A stretch of 64,000 bases of DNA from Caldilineaceae bacterium (GTDB lineage Bacteria; Chloroflexota; Anaerolineae; Caldilineales; Caldilineaceae): positions 675,662-739,661 of the forward strand of contig OZ220492.1 of assembly GCA_965116185.1 (NCBI GenBank), written 5' to 3'. Positions within the stretch are counted from its first letter, which is position 1. The number at the start of each line of letters is the position of its first letter. Positions 49,718 through 59,598 of the stretch are shown piece by piece. A program made the position numbers and the translations under genes. Below the pieces are notes generated by a model. The model ran no database searches and had not been told where the DNA came from. It was given only the letters and a program-made list of their open reading frames with translations.

Positions 49718-50890
49718 CTACCGTGGGTGGGACATGGGCATGATGATATGGAGGAACTGATCATCTCCCTGCCCCACCGGTTTAACCTTACAGGGGCGGG
49801 TGGGCTGGGTCATTTCCAGGACCACATCCTCGCTATGCATGTGATTCAGGGCGTCGATCAGGTACTGGCCGTTGAAAGAAATCGTGATCGAATCGCCTTC
49901 CACCGTGGCATCAATCTTGTTGTTGCTGTCGCCTTTTTCATTGCTCTCGGACGAAATGGAAATGCAGTTGCTTTCACAGTCCACAGCCGTCGTGATGATG
50001 TTGTTGTGTTCCTTGGTGAACAGGAACGACACCTTGGCTGCCTGCAGCAGGTTCTCGGTGGAGGTGACGATCCGTGATTCGTGTTCGGTAGGTATGATGC
50101 GTTTGTAATCCGGGAACTGGGCGTCGATCAACTGGCATAGGAGGAGAACCTTGGCGAATGCCCCACGATCTTGGGGCAATCCCGGGATCGCGAACAAGAC
50201 CTGATTGCTGTTGTGGGTTACGGCCATCTGTACCGCTTTATCCTGATCGGCTTCAGCCAGGATGCGGCTCATTTCGGACAAGGCACGGGCCGGAACCAGC
50301 ACCTTAAGTTCATCGTCTACCAGCAGGTTTAGGGGGGCTGTGCGCACACTGAGGCGGAACCCGTCAGTGGCGGCCATGATCAGCTGGCCTTGCGTGAAAT
50401 GCATCTCTACGCCCGTCAGATTGGGGCGTTCTATCCCCGTGGACGCCGCGAACACGGTTTGATCAATCATGCTGCGCAAGCTCGGGATGCCGAGCTGGAG
50501 GGGGGTGGTGTCCCCATCCAAGGAATCCGGGATCGCAGGAAACTCGGTCGCTTCGATCGTGTTAAAACTGGCGTGATTGTGGCCGCTGCTTACCTTGACC
50601 TGGCGGGCTTTGACGTCATAGACCAGTGTCACTTCCTCGTGCGGTGGCAGATAGGTGACGAACTCCGTCAGCAGCCGTACAGGAATGGTAATGGCGCCCT
50701 CTTCCTCAATGGCGGCGTTGATCCAGACGTTGATGCTGATATCCAGGTTGGAGCAGACCAGACGTACTTGGCCCTCACGTGCTTCCACCAGAATGTTGGC
50801 CAAGACAGGCAACGAGGAACGGGTGGAAGTAACACGGCCCGCAAGCGACAGGCCTTTGCTGAGATTCTCCTGCAAACATCTGATACGCAT
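49718..50890 (-). CDS. dnaN: DNA polymerase III beta sliding clamp
   Basis: MRIRCLQENLSKGLSLAGRVTSTRSSLPVLANILVEA... The length and three-domain repeat are typical. Confidence 0.93.
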   Translation of the reverse strand: MRIRCLQENLSKGLSLAGRVTSTRSSLPVLANILVEAREGQVRLVCSNLDISINVWINAAIEEEGAITIPVRLLTEFVTYLPPHEEVTLVYDVKARQVKVSSGHNHASFNTIEATEFPAIPDSLDGDTTPLQLGIPSLRSMIDQTVFAASTGIERPNLTGVEMHFTQGQLIMAATDGFRLSVRTAPLNLLVDDELKVLVPARALSEMSRILAEADQDKAVQMAVTHNSNQVLFAIPGLPQDRGAFAKVLLLCQLIDAQFPDYKRIIPTEHESRIVTSTENLLQAAKVSFLFTKEHNNIITTAVDCESNCISISSESNEKGDSNNKIDATVEGDSITISFNGQYLIDALNHMHSEDVVLEMTQPTRPCKVKPVGQGDDQFLHIIMPMSHPR

Positions 50891-51020
50891 GGCGTTGTAC
50901 TCTATTTACGCATGGCGACATCCAGCCTCTTGTCAACAACTATGAAACTCCGCTTGGACAAGAAGCAATAGAGTAGTATACCGCAGAGCAAGCAAACAGA
51001 CAAACTCTGACGTAGAGTGT

Positions 51021-51773
51021 TTAGAGATTATAACGGCTATCCATGTCAGCCTGGATAGATTGCCGGGTGGTTGGGGCCGGCTCATCCGTGGTGGAGTTGG
51101 CTGCCGTGGGGGGAGCGGTACGTACGGTGGGCTGATGCGGCACCAGGGATTGGGGACCCGGCGTCTGCGCTTCCTGTAGACGCTGGATAGTTTCCGCGGC
51201 GAAGACGCCCGCCCGTTCCCGCTGAGCCTGCGAAAAGGAGCCCAACAGCGTTTTTAGGCGACTGACCATGCCCAACACATCATGGATGGGTTTGGTACCG
51301 GAACCGATCAGCACACCGGACAGAAGGATATCCCACGATACCGGTATCTGGTCAAAGAGACCATTCACCTCCGGCTGCAGATAACTCAGCAGCCGCACGT
51401 CCGTGTAGCTGGTGATGAATACGCCTAGCAAATTGGCCAATAGTAAACTGAAACCGCTCTTGAACTGCTGATAGTCCGCCCGTTTCAGATCTTCGGCTTG
51501 CCAGCCGCCGACGCGCAATAGAAACCACTCAAGCAAGTTCCAGCCCATTTCTAGAACGCGTTCCACGCTAGCGGACGCCGCCAGCATAGGCACCACCAGC
51601 GGCCAAGCCTCCAAGTTCAGATCCGAGGTGAAGGCGAAGTCCTGGGCGAGGGAGCGGGCCTCGCTCCGGGATGCGGACAGGATGAGCCATAAGCCGCCGG
51701 CCACCCCACCCCAGCGCAGAAGATCTAATAGGTGCCGGCGGCGGATATTAGGGAGAAACTGAGTGGAAGGCAT
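51021..51773 (-). CDS. hypothetical membrane protein
   Basis: 250-aa ORF with several hydrophobic helices and a Pro/Thr-rich C-tail. Confidence 0.55.
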   Translation of the reverse strand: MPSTQFLPNIRRRHLLDLLRWGGVAGGLWLILSASRSEARSLAQDFAFTSDLNLEAWPLVVPMLAASASVERVLEMGWNLLEWFLLRVGGWQAEDLKRADYQQFKSGFSLLLANLLGVFITSYTDVRLLSYLQPEVNGLFDQIPVSWDILLSGVLIGSGTKPIHDVLGMVSRLKTLLGSFSQAQRERAGVFAAETIQRLQEAQTPGPQSLVPHQPTVRTAPPTAANSTTDEPAPTTRQSIQADMDSRYNL

Positions 51774-51807
51774 GCAGCATACGGGACGACAGTGCAGGGA
51801 TCGGCAG

Positions 51808-53310
51808 TCAGATGATCTGCGTTAGGGCTGTAAGTAATTGTACGCCATAGCCCGACGCACCCTGTGATCCGTCTGCGCCGCCTCCCTTGCCATGTAGAGC
51901 CATGTACGCGATATCCAGATGCGCCCAAGGATATCCTTCGGTGAAATGTTCAAGGAATTTGGCACTGGCCGAAACGCCACTGGTGCGACTGCTTGCATTC
52001 TTGACCTGGGCCATGTCACTCTTGATAGTGTCCCTATATTCGTCATACATGGGCATGGGCCAGACTCGATCCCCGGATTGGTCAGCTGCTGTGATCAGCG
52101 CATCCTGCAGGGCCGGGTCGTTGCTAAACAGGCCGGCTGCCTGGGTCCCTAGGGCAATGCCGATGGCTCCGGTTAGGGTTGCTAGATCCACTACGGCGGA
52201 CGGTGCGTATTGCTTAACATAACCAAGGCAGTCTGCTAATACCAGACGGCCTTCCGCATCCGTGTTGATGATTTCCGCAGTCTTGCCCGTAATGCCTGTC
52301 AGGATGTCCCCGGGACGATAGGCGTTGCCATCCGGCATGTTTTCCACGCACACGGCCAGGCCATACACGCGCCGTGGGATCCGGAGACTGGCAATCGCCT
52401 GCAGGGCACCGAGTACGGCGGCCGCCCCCGCCATGTCCGTTTTCATTTCGCCCATGCCACTTGAGGGCTTGATGCTGATGCCACCGGTGTCAAAGGTGAT
52501 ACCCTTGCCGAGGAAGACGAGGGGAGCCTGATCTGCCGTACCGGGTGGTTCATGTTTGAGTATAATCAACTGGGCTTCACGGCGGCTGCCTCGGGATACT
52601 CCCAAGATCATGCCCATGCCCAGTTCCTGCATCTGCTCCTCGCCCAGGATCTCACAGGTCAATCCCGTACGCGCAGCCATGGCGGCCGCGCGCTGGGCCA
52701 TGACGGTGGGATAGAGGATATTGGGTGGATCGTTCACGAGGTCACGGGTGAAGCATACGGCCTGGGTCAGGTGTGTGCCGGCATCCAGGCCGGCTTGCAG
52801 AAGCGGCAACTTGGCTTCGTCAAACTCCACTAGTGTGCATGTCTGTAGACCGGTGGCTTCATCCGTGGCGGCCGGATATTGGGGCAGTCGGTAGGCAGCC
52901 AGCCTACTGCCCAAGGCGAAGGCCCGTGCCATCTCGGTCACATCCTGACCGCCAATACCGGTACCGTTAACGAGAGCACCAATATGTCTGACCTCCGGTA
53001 GAGAGGCCAGTTGCCGCACCATGGTGGCCGCTGCCCGCCGCGCGGCCAGAAAGTCAAAGTCTGCCGCAGGGCCCAAGCCCACGACTAGTACCCGGGGTGT
53101 AGCTAGGGTTTGCTGGGGATACAAGAGCAGGGTGGTGCCGCTTTGGCCCGTGAAGTCACCGGTAGCGATGGCTTGCGTAATGGCACCGGCAAGCGCCTGA
53201 TCCACGGCGCCGGTGCCGCCTCCGGGATGGCTGACCCCCTCAAAGAGGTTGACGACAATACAATCGCCCTGAAATGCGGTGATGTTGCCGGATGTAAGGG
53301 TAAGGTCCAA
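51808..53310 (-). CDS. pepA: leucyl aminopeptidase (M17)
   Basis: GKGITFDTGG and NTDAEGRLVLAD. Confidence 0.95.
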   Translation of the reverse strand: MDLTLTSGNITAFQGDCIVVNLFEGVSHPGGGTGAVDQALAGAITQAIATGDFTGQSGTTLLLYPQQTLATPRVLVVGLGPAADFDFLAARRAAATMVRQLASLPEVRHIGALVNGTGIGGQDVTEMARAFALGSRLAAYRLPQYPAATDEATGLQTCTLVEFDEAKLPLLQAGLDAGTHLTQAVCFTRDLVNDPPNILYPTVMAQRAAAMAARTGLTCEILGEEQMQELGMGMILGVSRGSRREAQLIILKHEPPGTADQAPLVFLGKGITFDTGGISIKPSSGMGEMKTDMAGAAAVLGALQAIASLRIPRRVYGLAVCVENMPDGNAYRPGDILTGITGKTAEIINTDAEGRLVLADCLGYVKQYAPSAVVDLATLTGAIGIALGTQAAGLFSNDPALQDALITAADQSGDRVWPMPMYDEYRDTIKSDMAQVKNASSRTSGVSASAKFLEHFTEGYPWAHLDIAYMALHGKGGGADGSQGASGYGVQLLTALTQII

Positions 53311-53344
53311 ATCGAGTCTCCTGTGGTACGGGTAAGCAATGGGA

Positions 53345-54613
53345 TCAGATACGGAGGGCCTGGAAACGTGTGCCCGCCTCGTCCAACATTTCGTCCGTCT
53401 TACAGAAAGTGAACCGGGCTAGATCCGCCACGAGATGGCGGTGGTCGGTACTGTAGAAGGCACTAGGTGGGATGGCCACAACACCGATTTCCGATGTCAG
53501 CCACCGGCACACCGTCACGTCGCGCGGTTCGTCGGCGCGGGTCGGCACATCCAAATGATGCGTGTCGGACAGGATGAAATAGGAACCGTGCGGCACGTAA
53601 GAACGCAGGCCCGCTGCTTGTAAGTAGGCGAGTAGTTTGTCTCTTTTGGCCTGGTACATGGTGCTTAGCTGATTGAAGTAATTCTGTTCTTGCGCCACTT
53701 GCAATGCCTCGGCCACAGCTTCCTGAAAGGGCGTGGCGATCGTGAAGGGAATCCATTGGTGTGCCATCAGAATGGCATGGACAATTTCGGGTGGGGCAAA
53801 CGCCCAGCCGATCTTCCAGCCGGTGACGGAAAAGGTCTTGCCGGAACTGCCCAGCGTAATCGTGTGCTCCCACATGCCGGGCAGAGTAGCCATGCGGTTG
53901 TGGGCGCAGCCGTCATAGGTCATCCACTCATAGGCTTCATCACTCAGGACGTATACGGGCTGGTGCGTGCTGCTATGGTCCTGCACAAGATCCGCTATGG
54001 CTTGGAGTTCGGCACGACTGAACACCTTGCCGACAGGATTATGCGGGGTGTTAATGATGATCATACGGGTCCGGGGCGTGAAAGCGTCAGCCAACCGTTC
54101 CATGTCCACTGTCCAGTCCGCGGCCGATAGCGCTACGTCGTCTTGGGATGCCGGAATGGTAAAGGGTACATAGACGGGTGTGCCCCCGGCCATGATGGTG
54201 CAGGCCGGATAGCTATCGTAGAAGGGTTCAAACATGATGACTTCGTCACCTGGATTCACGACCGCCTGGATGGTGGCAAATATGCCTTCGGTTGCGCCTA
54301 CCGTGGTTACTACCTCCGTCATGGGATCCAGGTCCCGTCCTAGCAGGGGGCCGTAGAAGGCACTCAGAGCCTCAACCAGACGCCCATGCCCTCCACTCCG
54401 CGTGTACTGGTTCAGATCATTGGCAATAGCTTTCCGGGCCGCTTCCTTGATGAAATCGGGAGCAGGGAAGTTGGGAAATCCCTGTCCCAAATTGATGGCC
54501 CCCGTCTCTAGGGCTAAGGCCGTGAATTCCGCAAACACAGTGGCGCCAAAACTAGTGACGCGTGCAGCCGGTTGGAAGATAGGCGGCGTAAGAGCAGGAG
54601 CCAATTGAGACAT
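53345..54613 (-). CDS. class I/II pyridoxal-phosphate aminotransferase (YbdL / kynurenine-aminotransferase-like)
   Basis: INLGQGFPNF, INTPHNPVG and SSGKTFSVTGWKIGW. Start taken at MSQLAPAL (54613). Confidence 0.88.
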   Translation of the reverse strand: MSQLAPALTPPIFQPAARVTSFGATVFAEFTALALETGAINLGQGFPNFPAPDFIKEAARKAIANDLNQYTRSGGHGRLVEALSAFYGPLLGRDLDPMTEVVTTVGATEGIFATIQAVVNPGDEVIMFEPFYDSYPACTIMAGGTPVYVPFTIPASQDDVALSAADWTVDMERLADAFTPRTRMIIINTPHNPVGKVFSRAELQAIADLVQDHSSTHQPVYVLSDEAYEWMTYDGCAHNRMATLPGMWEHTITLGSSGKTFSVTGWKIGWAFAPPEIVHAILMAHQWIPFTIATPFQEAVAEALQVAQEQNYFNQLSTMYQAKRDKLLAYLQAAGLRSYVPHGSYFILSDTHHLDVPTRADEPRDVTVCRWLTSEIGVVAIPPSAFYSTDHRHLVADLARFTFCKTDEMLDEAGTRFQALRI

Positions 54614-54838
54614 AAGCGCAACGGGAACATCATAGGCAGACAAATGGGACCACAAATCTATTATAAACCTAGAGCCGGTATGCAGGGATGTATGCCGCGT
54701 GTCCGTGCACATCGCTAGCAGGTGCTTTCCCGGAATGCGATGGTGCCGCTAGAATGGATTCGCGAGCGGTGTTGTCTTCTGGGATAACAGGTTCCGGGAC
54801 TGGGAGTACACTCAGAGATTGGCTATGGAGAGTTCGTC

Positions 54839-56005
54839 ATGACATTGCGTATTACTTCGGTTCAGCCATGGCACGCGGACGCAGCGTGGGCCGCGTATAC
54901 GTTTGTCCGAATTGAAACGGATGGCGGTATTACAGGGTGTGCCGAAATTACGGATTGGCGCATGCCTCACGCCGTGGCCGGTGGGGTACGGGATCTGGCG
55001 ACGATTCTTGTAGGGCAAGATGCTCTCGCGATCGGAGCCCGCATGCAGGACATGTATCGCTTGACCGTACAGGGCCCGGGAGGCGTGATCCAGCGGGCTA
55101 TTGCAGGAGTTGAGTGTGCCCTGCTGGATATCAAGGGCAAAGCTCTGGGCGTACCGGTCCATACCCTCCTAGGGGGCCAGGTGCGGGACAGGATTCGGGT
55201 GTACTGGTCTCACTGCGGGACCTACCGTGCCCGTCATCCCGAGCTCTACGGCACCTGTATGCAAACCTATGACGATATTGAGGCCCTAGGCCGGGAAGTG
55301 CGTACCCGGGGCTACACTGCCCTCAAAACCAATCTCGTCGTGCCGGGTACGCCGGCGCGGGTGCTGAGTGCGCCGGATGCCCAGGATATGGACTTCGTAG
55401 TGGATAGCGCTGTGCGTCTCATGGAAGCCTTCAAACGAGGGACGGGCGACGAATTTGATATCGCTCTTGATCTGAATTTCCATTTCCGGACTCTGGACGT
55501 GATTCGCATTGCGCGGGCCCTGGAACACTTTCATATGCTGTGGTTGGAGGTTGATTCCTGGGATCCCGCAGCGATCCGGGAGATCAAGGATGCCACGACG
55601 CTCACCATTTGCTCGGCTGAAAGCGTGAATACCGTACGGGATTATCTGCCCTTTCTGACGCGACGGGCTATGGACGTGGCTATGTTTGATCTGCCCTGGG
55701 CCGGCATGGCCGTGTGCCTGCATATCGCGCAGCAGGCTCACCTGCAGAACATGCCGGTGGCACCTCACAACTACTACAGTCATCTCGCCACTTTTCAGAA
55801 TGCGCACCTATGCGCGGTCTTACCCAATCTTATGATCATGGAAACGGATGTGGATTCGTGTCCCTGGCGGGATGAATATGTGACGCAACTGCCGGATGTC
55901 CGAGAGGGATATCTGCAAGTGCCGTCTGCGCCGGGCTGGGGCACGGAACTGAATATGGAGGCAGTTCAAGCAAGGCCCTGGATGGGCCAAATCCCGCTCC
56001 CGTAG
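54839..56005 (+). CDS. enolase-superfamily dehydratase (D-galactonate-dehydratase-like)
   Basis: FVRIETDGGITGCAE, LKTNLV, IALDLNFHF and LWLEVDS. Confidence 0.8.
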   Translation: MTLRITSVQPWHADAAWAAYTFVRIETDGGITGCAEITDWRMPHAVAGGVRDLATILVGQDALAIGARMQDMYRLTVQGPGGVIQRAIAGVECALLDIKGKALGVPVHTLLGGQVRDRIRVYWSHCGTYRARHPELYGTCMQTYDDIEALGREVRTRGYTALKTNLVVPGTPARVLSAPDAQDMDFVVDSAVRLMEAFKRGTGDEFDIALDLNFHFRTLDVIRIARALEHFHMLWLEVDSWDPAAIREIKDATTLTICSAESVNTVRDYLPFLTRRAMDVAMFDLPWAGMAVCLHIAQQAHLQNMPVAPHNYYSHLATFQNAHLCAVLPNLMIMETDVDSCPWRDEYVTQLPDVREGYLQVPSAPGWGTELNMEAVQARPWMGQIPLP

Positions 56006-56136
56006 CTCCGGTATCCGCTGTAGAGCGGGATAGCGAGTCTATAATGTCTCCGGGACGAGTGGCAGGGAGCGCACGATCCAGCCATGATGACTCTTGACAC
56101 TGCCGACTGGATTTTGTATGATCGTTTACCTTGCAC

Positions 56137-56210
56137 GGGGCTTTAGCTCAGATTGGGAGAGCGCCACAATGGCATTGTGGAGGTCATGGGTTCAAGTCCC
56201 ATAAGCTCCA
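56137..56210 (+). tRNA. tRNA-Ala (anticodon GGC)
   Basis: Hand-folded: acceptor GGGGCTT/AAGCTCC with the G3:U70 identity pair, anticodon arm CCACA-ATGGCAT-TGTGG, T-arm ATGGG-TTCAAGT-CCCAT. CCA is not encoded. Confidence 0.92.
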
Positions 56211-56301
56211 TGGACAGCACGCCGGAGGCAGGTGACTTGCCTATCTCCGGCGTTATTGCGTAACGGGATCTCTATAGAAGAATCTGTATCCGTAGATATA
56301 T

Positions 56302-56375
56302 GGGGCTGTAGCTCAGACTGGGAGAGCGCCACAATCGCACTGTGGAGGTCGGGGGTTCGAGTCCCCCCAGCTCCA
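56302..56375 (+). tRNA. tRNA-Ala (anticodon CGC)
   Basis: Hand-folded: acceptor GGGGCTG/CAGCTCC with G3:U70, anticodon arm CCACA-ATCGCAC-TGTGG, T-arm GGGGG-TTCGAGT-CCCCC. CCA is not encoded. Confidence 0.92.
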
Positions 56376-57546
56376 TCCCCAACCATTCGGGCAGGTCAAT
56401 GGTCGCGGAATTCCTTCTTTATGCCCACCGATCGGTAGATTCAGCCCTATCTATTCACTTGTTGGTGATCCATGCTGCCCGAAGCTTCAACTGCCTGTGC
56501 AAAGATCAGGAAACAGCTCACTGGCACGACTACAGTGAAGCTGGCTTGGGTATGTCTGGCACTCTGGTGTTGAATACCAGGTCAACATGGACGCCTACGG
56601 AAGTGAGTGCGGCCAATACTCATTAGGGGTGGTAAGACAACCTTCACAACGATGAACACTACGGCCACGCCAGAGCCGGAACCTACGCTCACATCCACGA
56701 CGGAGCCTGAGCTGATGCGGACCTGCGCAGGTATCGAGTCCAGCGGATTCAGATGTTGGCGAAAAGAAACCACCTTTAAAGGTAATATAGACTGTATCGG
56801 AGAGTAGTGCTTCTATGACCTAAGAGCTGGTCCAGATGGAGGAGGGTAGCGACAAGCGGTGCAATTCGGCGGATCCGCAGCGGTATCGCTATATTCTGAC
56901 AAACTTGACCACCAAGAGGCGAGGTGCAGCGAGTGAGACAGCCTAGCGGACAGTGACGTTCCCCGACCTAGTGGAGGGAGACCGCTACCGGGTAAAGGTG
57001 GCGTCATATTCGACAGCGTGCGACAACTGGTCAGAAAACCGGAAAGAGACCTGGACGCAGTAGCTGTGTGGGTGGCAGGCGTCTCTGCCAACAGTATGAA
57101 GACCCCTGGTACCGTGCTAGGAGACCTTCAAATCCCTCCCACAATGAGTACTGCACTAACCAGGGCTGAGCGTTCTTTCGTAAATAGGAGTGTGTGGGTT
57201 ACTCCCTAGGTATTCTATTGGCCCGACCCTGTTCGGATGAATGCGTATTTCCTGTTAACTTCCCTGCCTTATTGCGGTATAGACAGATCTGCCTTAGTAG
57301 TGACTAAGGTACATCTGTGGTGACCTCCACCACTTTGGTTTCGTCTTCACCCATGCCTACTTCTCGTGAGGCGATGGATTCGTCCATGGCCCTTATATAC
57401 CATCTTCCTTATAACAAGACTTTTTCTCATAACAAGGAAGGCCCAGGATCGAAAACCTCTAGATTAGGATTCTCTACCCGCTCAGAGGATCGCTGCGCAC
57501 TGCCTCAAATGCTTGGATTCTACTATTCCGAGTTCCGAATTAGGGC

Positions 57547-57573
57547 TATACTCTCTATACTATAGAGTATAAT
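57547..57573 (+). promoter_or_regulatory. 8-bp inverted repeat TATACTCT-N9-AGAGTATA overlapping a perfect TATAAT (57568-57573) 6 nt upstream of the ATG at 57580; candidate operator plus leaderless promoter
   Basis: Read directly. There is no purine-rich SD between the box and the ATG. Confidence 0.5.
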
Positions 57574-57579
57574 AATCCC

Positions 57580-57879
57580 ATGAGACTGCAACATGAAGTC
57601 CTCCAGGGATTAGCTCGGGTAGGCTTTGCCCTCTTGATATTCCTAGGAACTCTCATTGTATGTACCGCTTTTTGGGGATCCAGCGCTTTGCTGGATTGGA
57701 TTCTAGGTTTCGTCGTGGACAAGGAAAGTGTCCTTTACTCTTGGAGCAATTTGGTGCTGGATATAGTGCTGATAGGTACTGGCTTGGTAGTAACCATAGG
57801 CGGTGCTGTAGTGGTATGTGCAGAGACTTGGTTTTCGCTTAAATCGTTTCTTCAGTCCCACACAAAGAGGAACGAATAG
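57580..57879 (+). CDS. small membrane protein (99 aa, 3 TM), island-encoded
   Basis: VGFALLIFLGTLIVCTAFW, LLDWILGFVV and LVLDIVLIGTGLVVTIGGAVVVC. Lower-GC context. Confidence 0.55.
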   Translation: MRLQHEVLQGLARVGFALLIFLGTLIVCTAFWGSSALLDWILGFVVDKESVLYSWSNLVLDIVLIGTGLVVTIGGAVVVCAETWFSLKSFLQSHTKRNE

Positions 57880-57880
57880 C

Positions 57881-58627
57881 ATGATGAGCACATTTGGGAG
57901 ACAGGTACAGGCCAAATATCCGTTCAAAGGGCGGCATCTGTTGTTTGGAGCCGTGGGGGGTGTAGTCATGGGGTTGGCCCAGCTTGCAGCAGGCCAGAGC
58001 GCCGATCTTGCAACGACAGCTGGGATTGCGAAATTTGTGGCTCTGAGTGTAGGTAGCTGGATCGGCACCGAACTAGTCAAGTGGAACTTACGTCACATAC
58101 TCCACCAGATATCGGACATATTACCAACCTTGATGGAGATAAGAGAGAGCCTGACGGAGATAAGGGAGAACCTGTTGGTAGAATCAGAAGCACCTACCCG
58201 TGAGGAAGGTCCGACAGCTAGGAAACCGTCTTGGCTCCGGCGGATCAGGGTCTGGTGTATGGTCAAGCTTCCTGTGTTGTCGCTTGTGCTGGCACCGATC
58301 CTGTTGCTATCGGTATTCTTGGACCTGGGACATGACTTATTTTATCTCAACTTCTTGCGTCCGGTAGCACTAGGAGTTACAATCTTGGCTCTGAGTAGTT
58401 TGGTAGCCCAACAAGGCGTACTGGAAGCTACGAAGCGCGATTTTGACCGCTTGGCATTGGATCTAGCCCAACTCCGGGAAGAATCTCCGTCACAGCCTAT
58501 TGAGTTATCTCCAGAGAATAGGCAGGAGGCCCAGCACTGGCACCAGGTCCAGCACACAGCTTCTCGCTGGAGCAGGTGGCTCACAGGTGTATCAATGGAT
58601 GAGGGTTTCCCAGATCCTGTGGCTTGA
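57881..58627 (+). CDS. membrane protein (248 aa) with a glycine-zipper-like N-terminal helix, an EIRESL/EIRENL repeat and two central TM helices; island-encoded
   Basis: AAGAGG lies 9 nt before the ATG at 57881, 1 nt after the upstream stop. LLFGAVGGVVMGLAQLAAG. LMEIRESLTEIRENL. Confidence 0.55.
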   Translation: MMSTFGRQVQAKYPFKGRHLLFGAVGGVVMGLAQLAAGQSADLATTAGIAKFVALSVGSWIGTELVKWNLRHILHQISDILPTLMEIRESLTEIRENLLVESEAPTREEGPTARKPSWLRRIRVWCMVKLPVLSLVLAPILLLSVFLDLGHDLFYLNFLRPVALGVTILALSSLVAQQGVLEATKRDFDRLALDLAQLREESPSQPIELSPENRQEAQHWHQVQHTASRWSRWLTGVSMDEGFPDPVA

Positions 58628-59598
58628 AGCCATTTCACCTGTTCCAACGATCTGTCTAAACACCTTCTACTGGGCTGTTTCATGACTCTATAGGAATAGT
58701 ACTTCTACTTCTCAGGGTACCGTAGATCCTAGCCTGGACGATGCTTCAGGATCATGGCCGCTGATAGGAAGCTGTGTGTCTAATGATCACTTCAAATTAA
58801 CTTCAGGGGGTGGCGCCAACCTGAATCAAAGTCGCGGATATACCGGCACAGAATGACGATGGACCTGCTGTGACTTCGGCATACACAGCGATCGGTACCG
58901 TCTCGCCGCATCCGAGCCTATCTGGACTGCGACTGTTGCTGCGCCAGGGAGCTGATCCTTAGCTAAATCGCCATTATCCGCTGTGGCCCTAGAGAATGGA
59001 CCTATTCAACTACCCCTTCCCCGCACTTGTCTACCTGGGGGACATCAACACGTTCCATGCTGGAGGACAGATACGAGTATATGTCTGCTTTCACTATGTG
59101 GGGACCACGCGCTGTACGTCATGGACTTGGACACTGTAGATATTGCGAGCCGGTCCTCCCTAGCCGCGGCATCGGGCATTATAAACCACTCTGAAAGATG
59201 ACGATGGGCTGAGATCAGTATCTTCAAGGTGCTCCTGTTGATCTGGTCTGCTTGATACTGGGACCTCCCAAGCAGTATCACGATCCAGTATTAGCACCAA
59301 CCCCATCCAAAGGGCTAGCCCCCTGGATGGGAACAAGAGACTGGCTGATTACCCCATTGGTATGGATAGATCCTATGATTGCCATTCACTGTTTATGTCA
59401 TGTGGACAGCCAATACAGATGTCCTCCGTCCCGCATATCTGATATAGATGTTGGATATGCTGCTATCCTGTGATTACCCTGCCTCTGTCCCTCCCGGTCT
59501 TTACTGATGTTGAACTATGCTAAAATGAGACTCCACCATTGTTTCCTAACGATGTCGCGGTGACACATTGGGGAAATAAGAGGACGAGATATGAGACT

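Noticed and set aside
56607-56807. A small Cys-containing ORF (MNTTATPEPEPTLTSTTEPELMRTCAGIESSGFRCWRKETTFKGNIDCIGE from the internal ATG), considered as a RiPP-like precursor in the island.
   Set aside because: It has no RBS at a usable distance and no adjacent maturation enzyme. It is also a short ORF in AT-richer DNA, where such ORFs arise by chance.
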